From Camelus ferus (lineage: Eukaryota), in the NCBI RefSeq assembly GCF_009834535.1, contig NC_045707.1, forward strand, positions 55,430,001 through 55,494,000: a stretch of 64,000 nt of DNA, read 5' to 3'. Below the pieces are notes generated by a model. The model saw nothing but the letters and a program-made list of their open reading frames with translations, made no database searches and was not told the origin of the DNA. Below, piece by piece: positions 1-13,395 of the stretch. The stretch's first letter is position 1. The number at the start of each line of letters is the position of its first letter. Made by a program: the position numbers and the translations under genes.

Positions 1-499
1 GTGATTATTGTAGATTGGAACAGTCAAGGGACGTTTTACACGGGAGAAAAAGGATAAATTAAACAAAAAAACAAAAAACACAAAACACAGGAAAGTACTC
101 AAGTAGAGAACGAAGGCACATGATAAATGTAGCATATTTGTATGGAAAAGTTAACATGTTTACTTTGCTTAAAAATTTACAGATGTGAGAAGCAGCAGCG
201 ATTTTGTACAGTAGAGTAACTGGCTGTTCTGCACCCATAGCTAATTTTGCTTAAAAATAAGAATCCATGCATATTAATTATTTCGTGATTAGCAGTCTTA
301 ATGTGTAATTTGTTTAATCCTTTTAAAGTTAAAGATATCATATATAATTATATTCCTATTATATATCTTTTGTGGATTAGAAGAATGAGAGTTTCAAAGA
401 GGTTAAGTAACTCGACCAAGGTCGTACATACATTGAATGAATTTCCAGAAGGTGTTTACCTACCAGCTTGGTATTTCTCCAAGTGTGGGTTTTGGGTAC

Positions 500-670
500 A
501 CTTGCATTAGTACCTGTGGTGTAGGTAAGAACACGTATTTCTGGCCTTCATCCCAGACAGACTAAAGTAGCTTGGGGTGGGCCAGACATCTGTATTTTTA
601 ACAAACAATCTAGGATAATCATATATATACCATATATATATGTCGTATATAATAATTTGAAAACCATTCC
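500..670. mobile_element. MER5A-like hAT-Charlie MITE, degenerate
   Basis: Motifs ggggtgggccagacatctgtatttttaacaa and tttgaaaaccatt resemble the MER5 consensus. Confidence 0.55.
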
Positions 671-729
671 ATTATCTACAAGAATCAAATGCTAGCTCAG
701 TTTTTAACATGATTTTTTTTTAACTAGGA

Positions 730-990
730 TGCCTTCAGTTTCCTCATCTACAAAGTAGAGAAAATAAAATATCCTGTAATGAAAAAAATAGAAAAGAAAC
801 ATATATATATATATATGTATAACTGAATCACTATGCCATACACCAGAAATTAACACAACATTGTAAATCGACTATACTTCAATTAAAAATAAGAAGTTTG
901 TTTCATACAATTGTTTTTAGCACTAAATAAATACACTTGTACAAAGCCCTCAGAACAGAGTCTGGTAATTTTTAATTTTCAATAAAGTTA
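730..990 (+). mobile_element. MIR SINE interrupted by a short young L1 3' tail (~771-895)
   Basis: MIR core ttcagtttcctcatctacaaa. The insert gtataactgaatcactatgccatacaccagaaattaacacaacattgtaaatcgactatacttcaattaaaa matches the L1 3' ends at ~25.9 kb and ~54.1 kb. Confidence 0.75.
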
Positions 991-1089
991 GCTACCACTA
1001 TTATTTGTCATTTCCTTCAAGATTTCCTTGAGCTAGAATGGGCCTCGGAGACCAGTTAATTCATTTTAATCATTACTCTCTTCACATTC

Positions 1090-1340
1090 ATTTTCTCAGA
1101 CTGAAGAGTCCTAATCTTCAGATTTTTCACGGAGGCATTCCATCATCGTGGCTATTTAAATTACATCTTCTTGAGCTTTTTCCATCTACATTAAATCTTT
1201 CATTTCACTAGCAATCACACTACAGGATATTGCAGATGGGGCCACGCAGTCGTTTCACAGTAGGATAAGCTTATGTTTTCTGTTAGTTCCCTGCCCTTCC
1301 TGATGCTGCCCAACCTTTTTTAGTCTTTCTGTGCACATTA
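1090..1340 (-). mobile_element. Ancient CR1/L3-type LINE fragment
   Basis: Resemblance to antisense CR1 RT-region sequence (cactacaggatattgcagatggggcc...cccttcctgatgctgcccaac); recalled similarity only. Confidence 0.4.
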
Positions 1341-1579
1341 AGGGGGGAAAATAGCTAAGTCAGTCAGTTTCCTTTTCCGGGACTGGAGCTAAGAGCTCAG
1401 AACCCATCATCTAAAAAAACAGCACTTACATGTGTTTTCTTGAAATGCGTTATCCTAATTAAAATACTAACACTTTGTATTCTCACAATGCTTTATGATT
1501 CAGAAAATCTATTTGATTAGAAGCCATAAAGGTGCCATCTCATTATATATTTTTATTGTTCTGTAACATTTCTTTATCT

Positions 1580-1880
1580 TTTTTAATTAATTGACTTTAT
1601 TTTTTAGAGCAGTTTGAGGTTCACAGCAGAACTGAGCAGAAAATAGAGTCAGTACACAGCCCTCCCCACCCACACATGTATACTCCCCTACCCTCATCAT
1701 CCCTCATCAGTGTGGCATATTTGGTACAATCGATGAACCAACATGGACACATTATTATCAACCAAAGTCCATAGTTTACATTAGGGTTCACTCTTGATGT
1801 ACATTCTATGGGTTTTAACAAATGCATAATGGCATGTAGCCACCACTATAGTATCATACAGAATAATTTCATTCTATTCT
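1580..1880 (-). mobile_element. L1MC1-like 3' end
   Basis: Diagnostic ttttttagagcagtttgaggttcacagc and caaagtccatagtttacattagggttcactcttg. Confidence 0.8.
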
Positions 1881-2404
1881 ACAGCATTTCTTAAACACGC
1901 ATACACACCCACACAGCCATAAAGCCAAAACAAGTATTTTTCACCCCTTATCCCAAATCTGTGCTGCAACCAGTGAGGTAGGATTAGGGATGATTTCTGT
2001 AGGATGTATATATCCTGTGTGTAAGAAAGTAGAACTTTGGAAGTATTTTTGAATTATTAAGAATAAAAGCATATGTATCATCAATTAGTTAATTTGGATT
2101 AAACCAAAATCTCCTGATATCCAATTAATTTTTTAAAATCATGCTCAACTGAATCTTGGTGGAGGCACAGAGATTGCCCCTAGACAGCTCACCTCATGTA
2201 GGTGGGTAGAGCAGTGGAACTTGAGCAACCAAGCCCTTCACCTCTTCACCAGAATAGCCCAATTTCAAGTGTTAATATCTAGCTTACAATTTTACTTGAA
2301 GAAAAGATGCTATGGTTAAAATAGAATTGAAAACTACCATAGATGATAATAGACAATGGATTTTTTTTTAATCCCCATTCTCAGAAATCAGACAAACAAA
2401 AAAA

Positions 2405-2727
2405 TTAGTCTAGTTAACCGACAATGCTAAAATCTCAGGGCATTAAAACCATGCTATGTATTCAGCAGGCAACTGTGTTCCATTTTGGCCATGTTTAGAG
2501 GCCTTCTTAGAGCATCTTTGTTTATTCTGACAGAAAAAAAAAAAAAGATAAATGGCAAAGTAGACACTACCTCCCAGGGGTGACGCTGCTGAGTGCATCT
2601 GCTGTATTTTTTTCATCCAAGCAAATCACACAGTCATGCCTAACTTCAAAAGGTGTGTAAGTTTGCTCCTACTTTGTGCCTTGGAGGAAAACTGGAAATC
2701 TCAGCAAACACAATAATGACCACCACA
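2405..2727 (-). mobile_element. MLT1J/K-like MaLR LTR fragment
   Basis: caagcaaatcacacagtcatgcctaacttcaaa and terminal taatgaccaccaca motifs. Confidence 0.5.
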
Positions 2728-3204
2728 GGAACCAACTTTAATTATGTAAGAGAGTATGCCAAATAAAACAGAAGATATAAATACCCGCACAATTCCGTAC
2801 CTCATGGATCTTAGAGGAGTAAGTAGATCTGTTGCTACAGAATTTATAGGTAAATACGTGCATCTCATCATAATGTGGACATACAGAAGCAGAACCAGCC
2901 AGTACATAAAAAGTGAAATCTTCTGAAAAATGTGACTTTAAAGATCACTGATTATGTGTGCCATTGTAAAGTCTGTTAAACTTCTTCCCAATTTCTGTAT
3001 TACAAACTGTAATAGAAGTTAATAAGACAAATACGACAATGTTTATAACAATGGTTTCAACTTTCAGAAATAAAATACTTCTTACTTGTGCTCAGACTTT
3101 TTACAAAATATCAAGTAAAAGACAAATTTTTTAAAACAAATGCTTCATTAACTTTAAAAACCACATTCTTAGATTAACAGTTTGTATGTTATGCATATTC
3201 CCCC

Positions 3205-3587
3205 ATATACTTTCTGTAAGCCTGTGATTTATTATTTATCAATTCCACAGATGTGAACCAAAGGAATACATCTTGATACTCAATCCATGAAGAGTTGTAA
3301 GAGTCATCATTCATCAAAATTTCTTCCAACATTCTTCTGGTTGCCAGTCTTGAGGCAACAAAGGGTGATATAATTGAGCATAATAGAAATTTTCGTACAA
3401 ACACTCAGATGAACTTATTACAAAGTTTTAAGAAAGGGGGTCCTGGTCTTCTCAGACAGTGGAGGAAAGGTCCTTCGGCTGGTGAGCAACATTCAGCAAA
3501 ATTTGAAGGTTCAACTTTTTTTAGATTCATCTATGTTGTCAGTTTTTCTCAACCCAGTTTCACTCCTTCCAAAGCAATGCTCAAATC
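3205..3587 (-). other. Candidate 3'-terminal exon of an unidentified minus-strand gene
   Basis: Acceptor ttttctatgttag|G at 3588/3587. The phase-1 frame reads (G)FEHCFGRSETGLRKTDNIDESKKS* (stop 3513-3511); the phase-0 frame reads DLSIALEGVKLG*. AATAAA at 3233-3228. Non-repetitive. Protein not recognised. Confidence 0.35.
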
Positions 3588-4074
3588 CTAACATAGAAAA
3601 CATGGCAATGATGACTATTTGCATTCTGTTTTAATTCTGTAGTCAGCCTAATTGGATTGTGGATCAGACTTTGAGCCATGCCTGCCCTATAGCTACAAAC
3701 AAAACAAAACAAAAAACTTATTTGAGGTCACAGTGGAAATGTGCTCTCATTCTCTGATTTTTTGAGATGAAAGTTTAAAAGTCTGAGCTTCTTAGTCTTT
3801 TTTAAAGGTCTTCATGATTGTTAGAAGCAGCCAGCAAATATTTGGCATCTCAAAGCTTTCCCTTAAATTGGCATTTCATCTTACATAACTTAGTTGATAC
3901 TGTGTGATAATACAGATAATCCCAGTGCATCTGCAAGCCATAGATAGCAGCATCACTTTTTCCTTTAGCAAAAAACTCTCCTGTGATCAGGCTCCAAGAG
4001 AAGAGCAATCCAATCCCAGAATCCCATGTTGAGAGTCTCTTTTGGAGAAACATTCTTGGTGCTTAGCCTCTAAT

Positions 4075-4530
4075 AATAGTAAGGGTCTAATTAGCAAAAG
4101 AGCCCACCCTAATAGTCCAACAGAGTGAATTAATTACAAAGGGATAGAAGTTCTGGAAAGCCAAACAAAGGATGGTGAGGAAACCAGAAATTACTAACAG
4201 CAGAAGGCCATCATCACCTCTGGATGTGGAGAGAGCAAAGAGGAAGATGGTGTGACCAGAGTCAGGTCCAGTCAGCTGAACTTGGAACTGTGGTAGAGGC
4301 TGACTGACCAGAGCTGGGAAAATAGAGTCAAAGCAGAAAGTGCTGGTCATTTCCCTTCCTCAGATCCTCTAAACTCCTTATTTTGTTTTTACTGGCTGAC
4401 CCAACTAGAATCCTCTTGACGAATGATCCTTGGAAAGACAATTTGAAGGATTCAGTGCCTATCAATGCAAATTAGATTGCGAGAAATTCAGGAAATGGAT
4501 TGAGGGCAAATAGGGGGAAATGTGACAAGC
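4075..4530. mobile_element. ERVL-type solo LTR (LTR33/LTR41-like)
   Basis: ggatggtgaggaaaccagaaattactaacagcagaaggccatcatcacctct resembles old ERVL LTRs. Confidence 0.45.
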
Positions 4531-4999
4531 ACACTCATGGTCACTTTTCAAAGATTACAGGGTGGTGAGGTATTTGAGTTTGTAAGAGTGTCAAAATCTT
4601 TTATAATTTAATTTTTTAAAAATCATCTCATTCTGGAAGAAAGACTGCCTCACAACTTTCCTTGGTAATTAGTTACATAGTCTAATCTTGGCTCCTTGAA
4701 TCAGGAGGTTCTTTCTTTCATTTCTGATCTCTGACCCTTTGAAACCAGTATCTATTACTTTTGTCAGTTAAGAAAAATGATTATGAAACACAACCATGTT
4801 CATTCTTTTTTTTTAATTTTTATCTTAATGTAGGTGCAGTAGTATTTTGCATGCTTATCTGATGTATGTGCCATATCTTAAAATAATCAACAAATATTCC
4901 GGAGGCTCTTATTTCCTAATGCTTTTCCTGTACTATTTCTGATTTCCTATTCTGATTCTAAATTACATTATCTGCCTTTATGAAAGAGACATCACAGGC

Positions 5000-5500
5000 G
5001 TGAAATTGTTCAAATGGTAGTTCCGGCTGGTTTGGCAACTTTGAAGCACAGCACAGCAGATTGACTAGAGCTCAACGTAAGCATACCCCACGACCAGCAA
5101 TCCCACTCCTTGACAATGCTCATTAAAAGACTTGAGAAAGTTTATAACAGCGTGATCCGTAGTAGCTCAAAATTAGAAACTATCCAGATGCCCGTTAGTG
5201 ATAAAATGGATTAGCAAGTTGACTTATCAACACAATTTATTATTGTACAACAGTCTGAATGGATTACCTGCAACGACACAGGTCATTACGGGTGAAGCTA
5301 GCTGAAAGAAGCTGAACATGAAAGGGCACATGATACAGCATCCCATTACTATAAAATACACGCGGAAAGTGTTGAATCTGTGTAAAAAGAAATCAGCACA
5401 GCTTTGCCTTGGTGGTACAGAGGTAGTGGCCAGAAGGGAACCCAAGAGGGGCTTCTGTGGTGCTGGCAATTGTGTGTGTGTGTGGAAATGCTACCAAACA
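5000..5500 (+). mobile_element. Old L1ME-type 3' end
   Basis: gaccagcaatcccactcct...tagaaactatccagatgccc...tacagcatcccattactataaaa; continues after the MLT1B insertion at ~5900. Confidence 0.65.
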
Positions 5501-5510
5501 CACACGTTTT

Positions 5511-5898
5511 TAATGGGCTGAATAACGTCCTCTGTAAATTTATATTGTCGAAGCCCTATCCCCCCGTGCCTCAGAATGTGAGCGTATGTGGAGATAAGGC
5601 CTTTAAAGAGGTAGTGAAGTTAAAATGAGGCCTTAGGGTGGGCCCTGATCCAATCTGATGGCGGTTATTATAAGAGGAGATTAGGTCACGGACACCAGGG
5701 TGAACGTGCACAGATGAAAGGCCACGTCAGGGCACACTGAGAAGGTGGCCGCCTGCAAGCCAAGGACAGGTCTCAGGACGAACCAAGCCAGCCAGCACTT
5801 CGGTCTTGGCCTTCTAGCCTCCAGAGCTGCGTGAAACTGAGGTTGTTTAAGTCACCTAGTCCAGTGTTTTGTTATGACAACCCTAGCAAACTCACATG
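5511..5898 (+). mobile_element. MLT1B-like MaLR solo LTR
   Basis: atgggctgaat...gaagccct...ggagataaggcctttaaagagg...ttctagcctccagagctg...ttgttatgacaaccctagcaaac. Confidence 0.85.
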
Positions 5899-8624
5899 CA
5901 TGTGTTACTCTTTACGTGCATTGTATATTTGTCAAACTTACTATGACATGTATACCACTTGCTACATGATACCCAGCAAAGTCTAGAGCAATCCTCTTTA
6001 ACCACGTTAGCATATCTATGGCAAACCATATGGATGTTCACACTAAGTGGGCTAAATACAAATTATAATTTGCCTCATTTCCCTTTGTATCAGATTTAGC
6101 TGCTCAATGAGTCTTGGAATCAAAGTAACAATTTTTTTTTAATTAAAAAAAATTTCAAACCTTTTTAAAACTAAAAATCCTTTTTAAAACTAAAGGACTT
6201 TTAGTTATAAAAAGGTTTGTCAGTTTGGAAATGTGTATAAGTCATTGTGGATCCGGTCTATAGTAATTTTAAAATAAATGTGCAATAACGTCTATTTCTA
6301 ACTGCCGTTCTCCACTGTAGTTCCGTCAGTTGCCTTCTCAGATAATCTCAGAAATTTTACATTGCCATTTGAACCACAGGAGTCTTAAAATGTTTTAGGC
6401 GCCTTGAATTAGAGCACAGTAAAGATAAATACGAAGCATTTGTGAAAAGACTAAGGATCTACTGTGAACCTCACAGTATAGTACAGCCAATATATTTAAA
6501 AGGCCAATAAAATAAGGCTGAAAGAATAAAATAACTTATGAAGTACCATGAAATATGCCCCTGGAAATTATACTCCTCTGAGTCCAAATTCAATTTCTAG
6601 TAAAACTATGGCATTAACATGGAATAGTATTGGGACTATTAAATAGGTTTAAAAATACCATGAGTAAAACTTGATAGTCTTTTACTAGAATTATAAAATG
6701 AAGCTGATAGAAAAATAACACTTTTATACTTTTTAGAAAGTCACTTGATGCTGTTTTAGGGCAAAGCCCTGATCTCATTTCAGGCCAAAGGAGGCATGCA
6801 CCCTCCTAAGCACCAAGAATTCATAAACCTTCTGCTGGTTTTATTTTCATCTTAGCATGGTCAAAGTCATGTGATACTGGGAACAACTTTTACTTCTATT
6901 TGCTGGACTGTGTGGTTCCTGAATAGATAAAAATATTCCACAAATTAAATCGGCATTTAAATAAATTACCAAGTATCAGTGTGTGTCACTTACAAACTGT
7001 AGTTTGCTTTTCTTCTGGGAGGTGAGAAGGTGCTGAAAATACCTGTGAAGACTCCTCTAAAATAGAAGTTGTGTTTAGTATGGGAGGAGAATACTAGAAA
7101 TCTAAGTTAAAGTTTCCAGAGAGCAAATGAAGGAAGAGAGAGATTATGACAGCTTGTCTCACTTCCTTCTGTTCTCTTCAATTCATGTTTGAGGCCACCA
7201 TTTTTTTTTCAAACAGGCATCTTTTAATGGCAAAATCAGAGAGTATGTTCATAGCAACAAATCTGTGACTTCAAAAGTTCAGCTCCAGATGTAACACTAA
7301 AAATATTGGAAGAGTACATGATTTGGCAGAATCAGACCGCCCATTCTCCTCATATCTCTCAGTTTGGAATGGTGAAAACCTGGCAGGAACTGCCTTTAAC
7401 ACCCTAATTGATTGCAAATGACTGAGTTGCGAAGGCAAAGAGCATCCTCCACCTCACACTGTTGTGGGAGAGCAGACTCCATATCTATAATTGATCTAGT
7501 CACTCCTGTCTGATGTGTACTGTGAATTGTGGTGAACATTTATACAGTGTCTTTAATTTATAAAGCAGTGGAGGCTTAGAACACTTAAGCATCTTGCCCA
7601 CATTTTCCTAGCATGCAACTGACAAATCTGGACTGTCAGCCTGGCTACTCTGTCTTTAAAACTCATGATAAGAATATATATGAGAGGAGAGGGGATATTT
7701 AAAAATGAACAGCAGTTTATGGGAGTTTGGAAAAGATGACTGTGGAGTCGATTCTAACAAAGAGAGCAAGAAGGAAAATTCAAGTTTAGAAAACTGAATG
7801 TCAGGGACACTTACTAACAGAAATCTTTTATCTTTAAGAATAAGTTGACTTTGAAAAATAAAGAGATAATTGGGATATTCTTGAGGGTAAGAATCATGTT
7901 TTGCTCTACTTTTTCTGATACCCTTTGGATGTTTCATGTGCTTGTGGAATGAATCGCCGGGCTGTGGGTATTTGCTTGGAATATTAGGCATTTATATATA
8001 AAGCTCTGTTTGGAGAAGCTGGATACTGGAAAGGGAATTTTAATATTTCTCTTCCTTGGGATAAAATATACTCTTAGTATTGTTAGAACATGTTCTTTAG
8101 TGGTTTGGTCCTGTGAGAAACATCGCAAACCCCCAGTTTCTATTTAAGCTTCTAATACCATTTATCTTAGCCTACTCTGTTAAGTGCCTTTTTCTTCTAT
8201 GTTATACTTTTGTTATCAACTTGTTTATATTTACAATATCTAGAGAATACCTGCCATGTAGCAAATACTAAAAATGTCCAGAATATGTCTTCTGCTTTTT
8301 AAACTATGCTCCAATTTTTCTAGATGATAATATGCAGGGAGGGATTAACGAGCATCAATCTCTGATTTGAGATGCAAACATAGCTAGAAGAGGAAATGAA
8401 TGAATTTGCTGGAGCCCTCACTTAGAAGGCTCTGACACAAAGAAGTACAAAACAGGAAGGGAAATTCTGATAGTGCTGCCAAGAGTGGGAACCCCACGTA
8501 GAGCCACAGAGAAGGTGGCATTGAGAATTATAAGATCACAGCACACGGCTTACTTCACAAATGAAGCAACCAGAGTTTAGAAAGTTGAAGTGTCTAGCTC
8601 AAGGTTGTTAATTAAAGAAAAGGT

Positions 8625-8735
8625 TCTCTTAAGCCCACATGGAACATTCTCCTGGAGAGATTATATGTTAGACCACAAAACAAGTCAATAAATTTAAGAA
8701 GATTGAAATTATATCCAGCATCTTTTCCGAACACA
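8625..8735 (+). mobile_element. L1 ORF2 endonuclease-region fragment
   Basis: cacatggaacattctcc...aaatttaagaagattgaaattatatccagcatctttt; homologous to the HGTFSRID...KKIEI segment at ~30.2 kb. Confidence 0.75.
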
Positions 8736-8970
8736 TTGTTTTACATTCTTGCAAATATCTTGAATGTTCAGTTTAATAGAAAATGAAAGGAACTTCTTTC
8801 ATATCTGCTTTCTCCATCCCTTGCAATATCACACATCATGTAGTCTCTAGAAAACTCCATGATACATTCATAGAAAATCAAAGATAAAAGAGCAAATGAT
8901 ATCTTAGTATTTTTGTGAAACGAGTTTTGCTTTTATAAAGGCTCTAAGGAAATCAGACTTCACTTTGATC
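8736..8970. mobile_element. Charlie1/MER33-like hAT DNA transposon fragment
   Basis: ttgttttacattcttgcaaatatcttgaatgttcagtttaatagaa and catgtagtctctagaaaactcca. Confidence 0.65.
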
Positions 8971-9744
8971 TACTTCTGAAGCAGATATTTTAAATAATTT
9001 TCTGGCACTTTTCATTGCTTTTGGAGAAGGCTGTGGTCAGAATATTTTTTTTCTTTCTTTACCTCAGTCTTTTTACATATCTAAATGCTTGTAAGATTGT
9101 TTCTTTGTGCTTCAGTTCTAGTAACTTCACCAAGATATGCCTTGCTCTTTTTTGTTCTTCATCAGTTTATCGTTGGACTAAGCTCTGATCTTTAGACAAC
9201 AATTGAAGGTCCTCTTTCATGCACGACAACTATTCCTTTAATTGAATGTATTATTCCGGTTCTGTTTGTACTTTTTTAGGAACACAATTATGTTTATGTC
9301 AGACCTTCTGTATATTTAATAGCTATTTAATCAAGAATTTCTGTTCATCTTTTACATTTTCTGTTGTGATATTTTCCCCAAGTCTGTAATCCAGAATTGA
9401 CTTTGCAGGCAACCCATTTCTCTCTGCTTCTGGTGTGTACTCATTTTGGTAATGACAATGCCGTAATCTACAGTTTGATGAGCACTGCTCTCTGTTCTCA
9501 CTTTTGATGTCATTGTGTTATCCTATTAACTCTTCTCTGAGCAATATTTTATGGAATCAAGGGATATCTTGTTCTCAGTAATTTTAAGAATTTAGAGTAT
9601 TATTTGATTTTAAAATATCTTCTTTTCCTGGAACAACTTTTTTTTTTTTATTTACAATCTACCTTCTTTTACTATTAGTATATAGAAATAGATATCATGT
9701 TGAATCCTTGTGCTTATTACTCATATCAAATGGGAAAGGTTTTT

Positions 9745-10500
9745 AAACCACTTAATTGAGGTATGATTGACAGGTAAAAAGCTATTTATATTTAACATAC
9801 AGAACTCAGTGAGTTTGGGTGTGAGGATACACCCATGAAACCATCACCAACAATAAGGCCATAAAACATTGATCACCTGCCAAAAGTTTGTCCTACTGCC
9901 TTTATTATCATCATCACCTTATTGTTTCTGTGTGGTAAGAACACAGGCTAAGATTTATCCTCTTAGAATGTTTTAAGCGTATGAAACATTATTACTAGCT
10001 GTAGGTGCAGTGCTTTACAGTAGCTCTCCAGAACCTATTTATCTTGCATACTGAAACTGTGTACCCTTTGATCATCACCTCACCATATCTCCCTCCCCTC
10101 AGCCTCTGGCAGAGGTCATTCTATTCTCTGCTTCTAGGAACTTGATTATTTTAGAGTCTACATGTAAGTAAGATGACAGTACCTTTCTTTATCTGATCAT
10201 TTCACTTAGCATAATGTCCTCCAGGTTCATCCATGCTGTTGTAAATGGCAGGGTCCCCTTTCTTTTTAAGGTTGAATAATATTTCATCTTCCCTTTCTTT
10301 CTTTCTTCCTCTCCTCCTCATTATTATTACTATTATTATTATTATTATATTTCATTGTATTATGTACATCAACATAAAAAGGGCTATATATACAATAAGC
10401 CCACAGCTAGCACCGTCGTCAACAGTGAAAACCTAAAAGCTTTTCCTCCAAGACGAGGAACAAGACAAGGATACCCAGTCTGGCCACTTCGATTCAATGA
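9745..10500 (-). mobile_element. L1MA/MB 3' end (minus, to ~10290), an (ATT)n tract, then a plus-strand ORF2 fragment (~10385-10500)
   Basis: ttcacttagcataatgtcctccaggttcatccatgctgttgtaaatggcagg on minus; aagcccacagctagc...aaaagcttttcctccaagacgaggaacaagacaaggat on plus. Confidence 0.75.
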
Positions 10501-11005
10501 TTTAGTGTTTATATTGCTCTAATCAGCTGACTTGAATCAGCAGGTGGGAGGCTGACTACAAGTTCCTTTCTGTTCTGCACCTTTTTACCTTCAGCCTGCT
10601 TCTCATGAATAATAATTTGAAGAAGGAAAACAAATAGTGTATCTATAGCAGTCCCAGTTCCCCACTTGGAGGCAGTGATTTTAGCTGTTTCTCCGGTTAC
10701 TTTTCTCCCATTTCTCTACTCCTTATATCTAAATTAAAAGGTGTCTTTAGATCTTTCAGAACTTAGTTTTATAAAAATTTCTAGCCTGCTAGAGATCAAA
10801 GTGAGTATATTATTTTTACATTGATGACATTAAATACATCGCATTTTGTGTTTGCAAAAACCACCTAACAGTACTGCATATGTCTTGAGGTTAGGAATTG
10901 TGGCTACAGACACTTGAAGTCTTCGAATACTACATTTATTACAGCAGTATTGTGTATAATGTGTTACCTAAGTTCGTTAACAGTGAGAAAACGAGCTATC
11001 GACAA

Positions 11006-11383
11006 CAGGGATTAGAAAACTACAGCTCGTGGGCCAAATCCTGATCACGCCTTGTTTCTAGCTAAAAAAGGTTTTATTGGCACACAGAAGCATATTTATT
11101 TACATATTGTCTCGGGCTGCTTTTCTTTTTTTTTAGTTTTATTTATTTAATTTATTGAAGGACAGTCAATTACAATGTCAATTTCTGGTTTACAGCACAA
11201 TGTCCCAGTTATATATATGCATACATATATTTGTCTTTTATAATATAAATATATAAATATAAATATATAAATATAAATTTATAATAGCCGAAATTAGTAA
11301 TTGTGATAGACCCTATGGCCAGCAAAGCCTATAGTATCCATTATTTCGCCCTTGACAGAAAAAAAAAAAAAAGCTAACTCCTG
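11006..11383. mobile_element. MER58A hAT-Charlie MITE with a young L1 3' tail inserted (~11125-11280, minus)
   Basis: cagggattagaaaactacagctcgtgggccaaatc ... tatggccagcaaagcct...cccttgacagaaaaa...ctaactcctg. Confidence 0.8.
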
Positions 11384-12284
11384 ATCTACAAGAAAAAGGT
11401 AAAATGAAAAGTGATTTAAATTGCACAAAGACTCTTCTAGTGGTCTATTGATCTCTAAAAAGGTGTATTTCTAAGAAAGAGGAGAGCCCTAGATTTCAGT
11501 AAAACTTTATTAAAAAAGGAAAAACTAATGGGTCTTTATAGGCGAAGACTGTAAGACTGCTGGGTAGAGATACATGTACATCGGTGCTAAATTTGAAAGA
11601 ATTGTGCAAACATAACAGTATATGTAAAAATAACTGAAGTTTGCAAATGTATATAAGGTCAAAATGAATTCATGAGCTCTAAAACATTAATCACAAAATA
11701 ATTCTCTGTATAAATAAAATGCACATCTCACAAATATGATGATGTATTAGAGACTTTCCTTAAACTGCTGGTATCTTTTTAACAAGAGCAAATCCTATTT
11801 CAGATAGAATATATTATTTTCCTGAAACAAATAATAGAATTATTTATAACCAAGAAGGAATTCAGTGGAAATGACAAAATAAGCTTACTGTTTAAGGAAG
11901 CAGAACATTTATTTCTGCTCTCTTTAGAGACTAAGTTTATGATTTATATTTTCTGCATGTAAAAAGAAGAAAGAAAAGAAGTAAAATTCCAGAACACTTA
12001 GAACTAGCAAGTCATGCACTATAAGCATAGTTTACTAAGAACAAAAAAAAATATATTCTTTAAAATCCCAATATGTGGGTATCAGAATTAAGCTTCTAAC
12101 ACTGAAAACAGAAGGTAACTTCAAGTTCATTGGAGAGCTTTTAAATGGCTGAGAACAAACTCTGAAAAGCTTAAACTGTAAATGTAGATTTGAGCATATT
12201 TAGCATAATTAACAATGCTATTATCACAAGTTGCAATTACAGAAAACTATTCCAATTGAATATACAATAATAACCATTTGTCTA

Positions 12285-12720
12285 TGTGTTAGTCAGGATA
12301 CATTGTTCTATTGTAAGTTACAGAAATCTGACTCAAACTGTTTTGAGCACATACACACGCAAGTTAATTCACTGACATGTAAATAAATAATCTGGGATAC
12401 TGCTCGAAGTAATATGAAGTACTAGAATTTAGGTGATGTCATCAGAATTTAGATTTTGTGCAAACATGCCTCCTTTTTTCTCTGTGTTAGATTTATTTTA
12501 CCTCCCATTGGAGACTCTGGCTACTACAGGCTTATACAACCTCCTAGCTCCGCAGCTTCCTTATAAAAGAGAACGTCTCGTTCTCAGGAGTTCCAGATGA
12601 GGTCCTTGCATTACTATAATTCTATCAAATTCCTGAAGTTTAAACAATTAAAGTTCTCACTACTGGCTAAACCCTGACAAGTTGCATCGTCTACAGGAAT
12701 GAAAACTAGTAAAACCATTG
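12285..12720 (-). mobile_element. MLT1J/K-like LTR, degenerate
   Basis: Starts tgtgttagtcaggat...gtaagttacagaaatctgactcaaactg. Confidence 0.45.
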
Positions 12721-13395
12721 CAGAGTAATCTGTCAGTTTCTGTTAGGGAGGCAGGATATTATGAGGAACAGGAATAAATTTTTTGAAGTTACATAGCGTC
12801 TCTAAACCTAAGACTCTTTGGCCAAAATAACCAATTTCTGGAATATAATGTAAAGAAATAATCAGAATAAAAAAACTTTATCAAAAAGTTAATCAAAAAG
12901 CCTTATTTATTATCAGATGAAAGAGCTTCAAGGGTGTTATTCCTGTTTTCCAGAGTCATAAATGGAAAAGGTTATAGCCATCTTGCCACATTGAAGATAT
13001 GTTTAACTTGATAAAGAATAAATAAAATCCAAAATAAAAATGTTAATATTCTTTAAAGCTCACTTATAATTTCAAAAACTGGAAGCAAATTCAAAAATTG
13101 GAAACCAAGTATTCAATGGTATGAAAAGTTTAGAAAGTGGCAATGCTTACAGTAATTATAACACTTAATATTATGTATCCTATTTTTATTTTGCCATTTA
13201 TCTAGATATAGAGATATAGATATCTTTTTTGTTATCTTTTCATCCAGTTCTGTAGTGTTATTTCCTTTATTATCCCCTTCCCTCTTGTGAATTTCTTCTT
13301 CTCTTTTCCTATTCTTTCCATATTCTTTTCTACTATGGAGTTTATCAAATGGTTTCAGAGATATTCTTTTCCTATTTAGCAGTAGCTTATATTTA

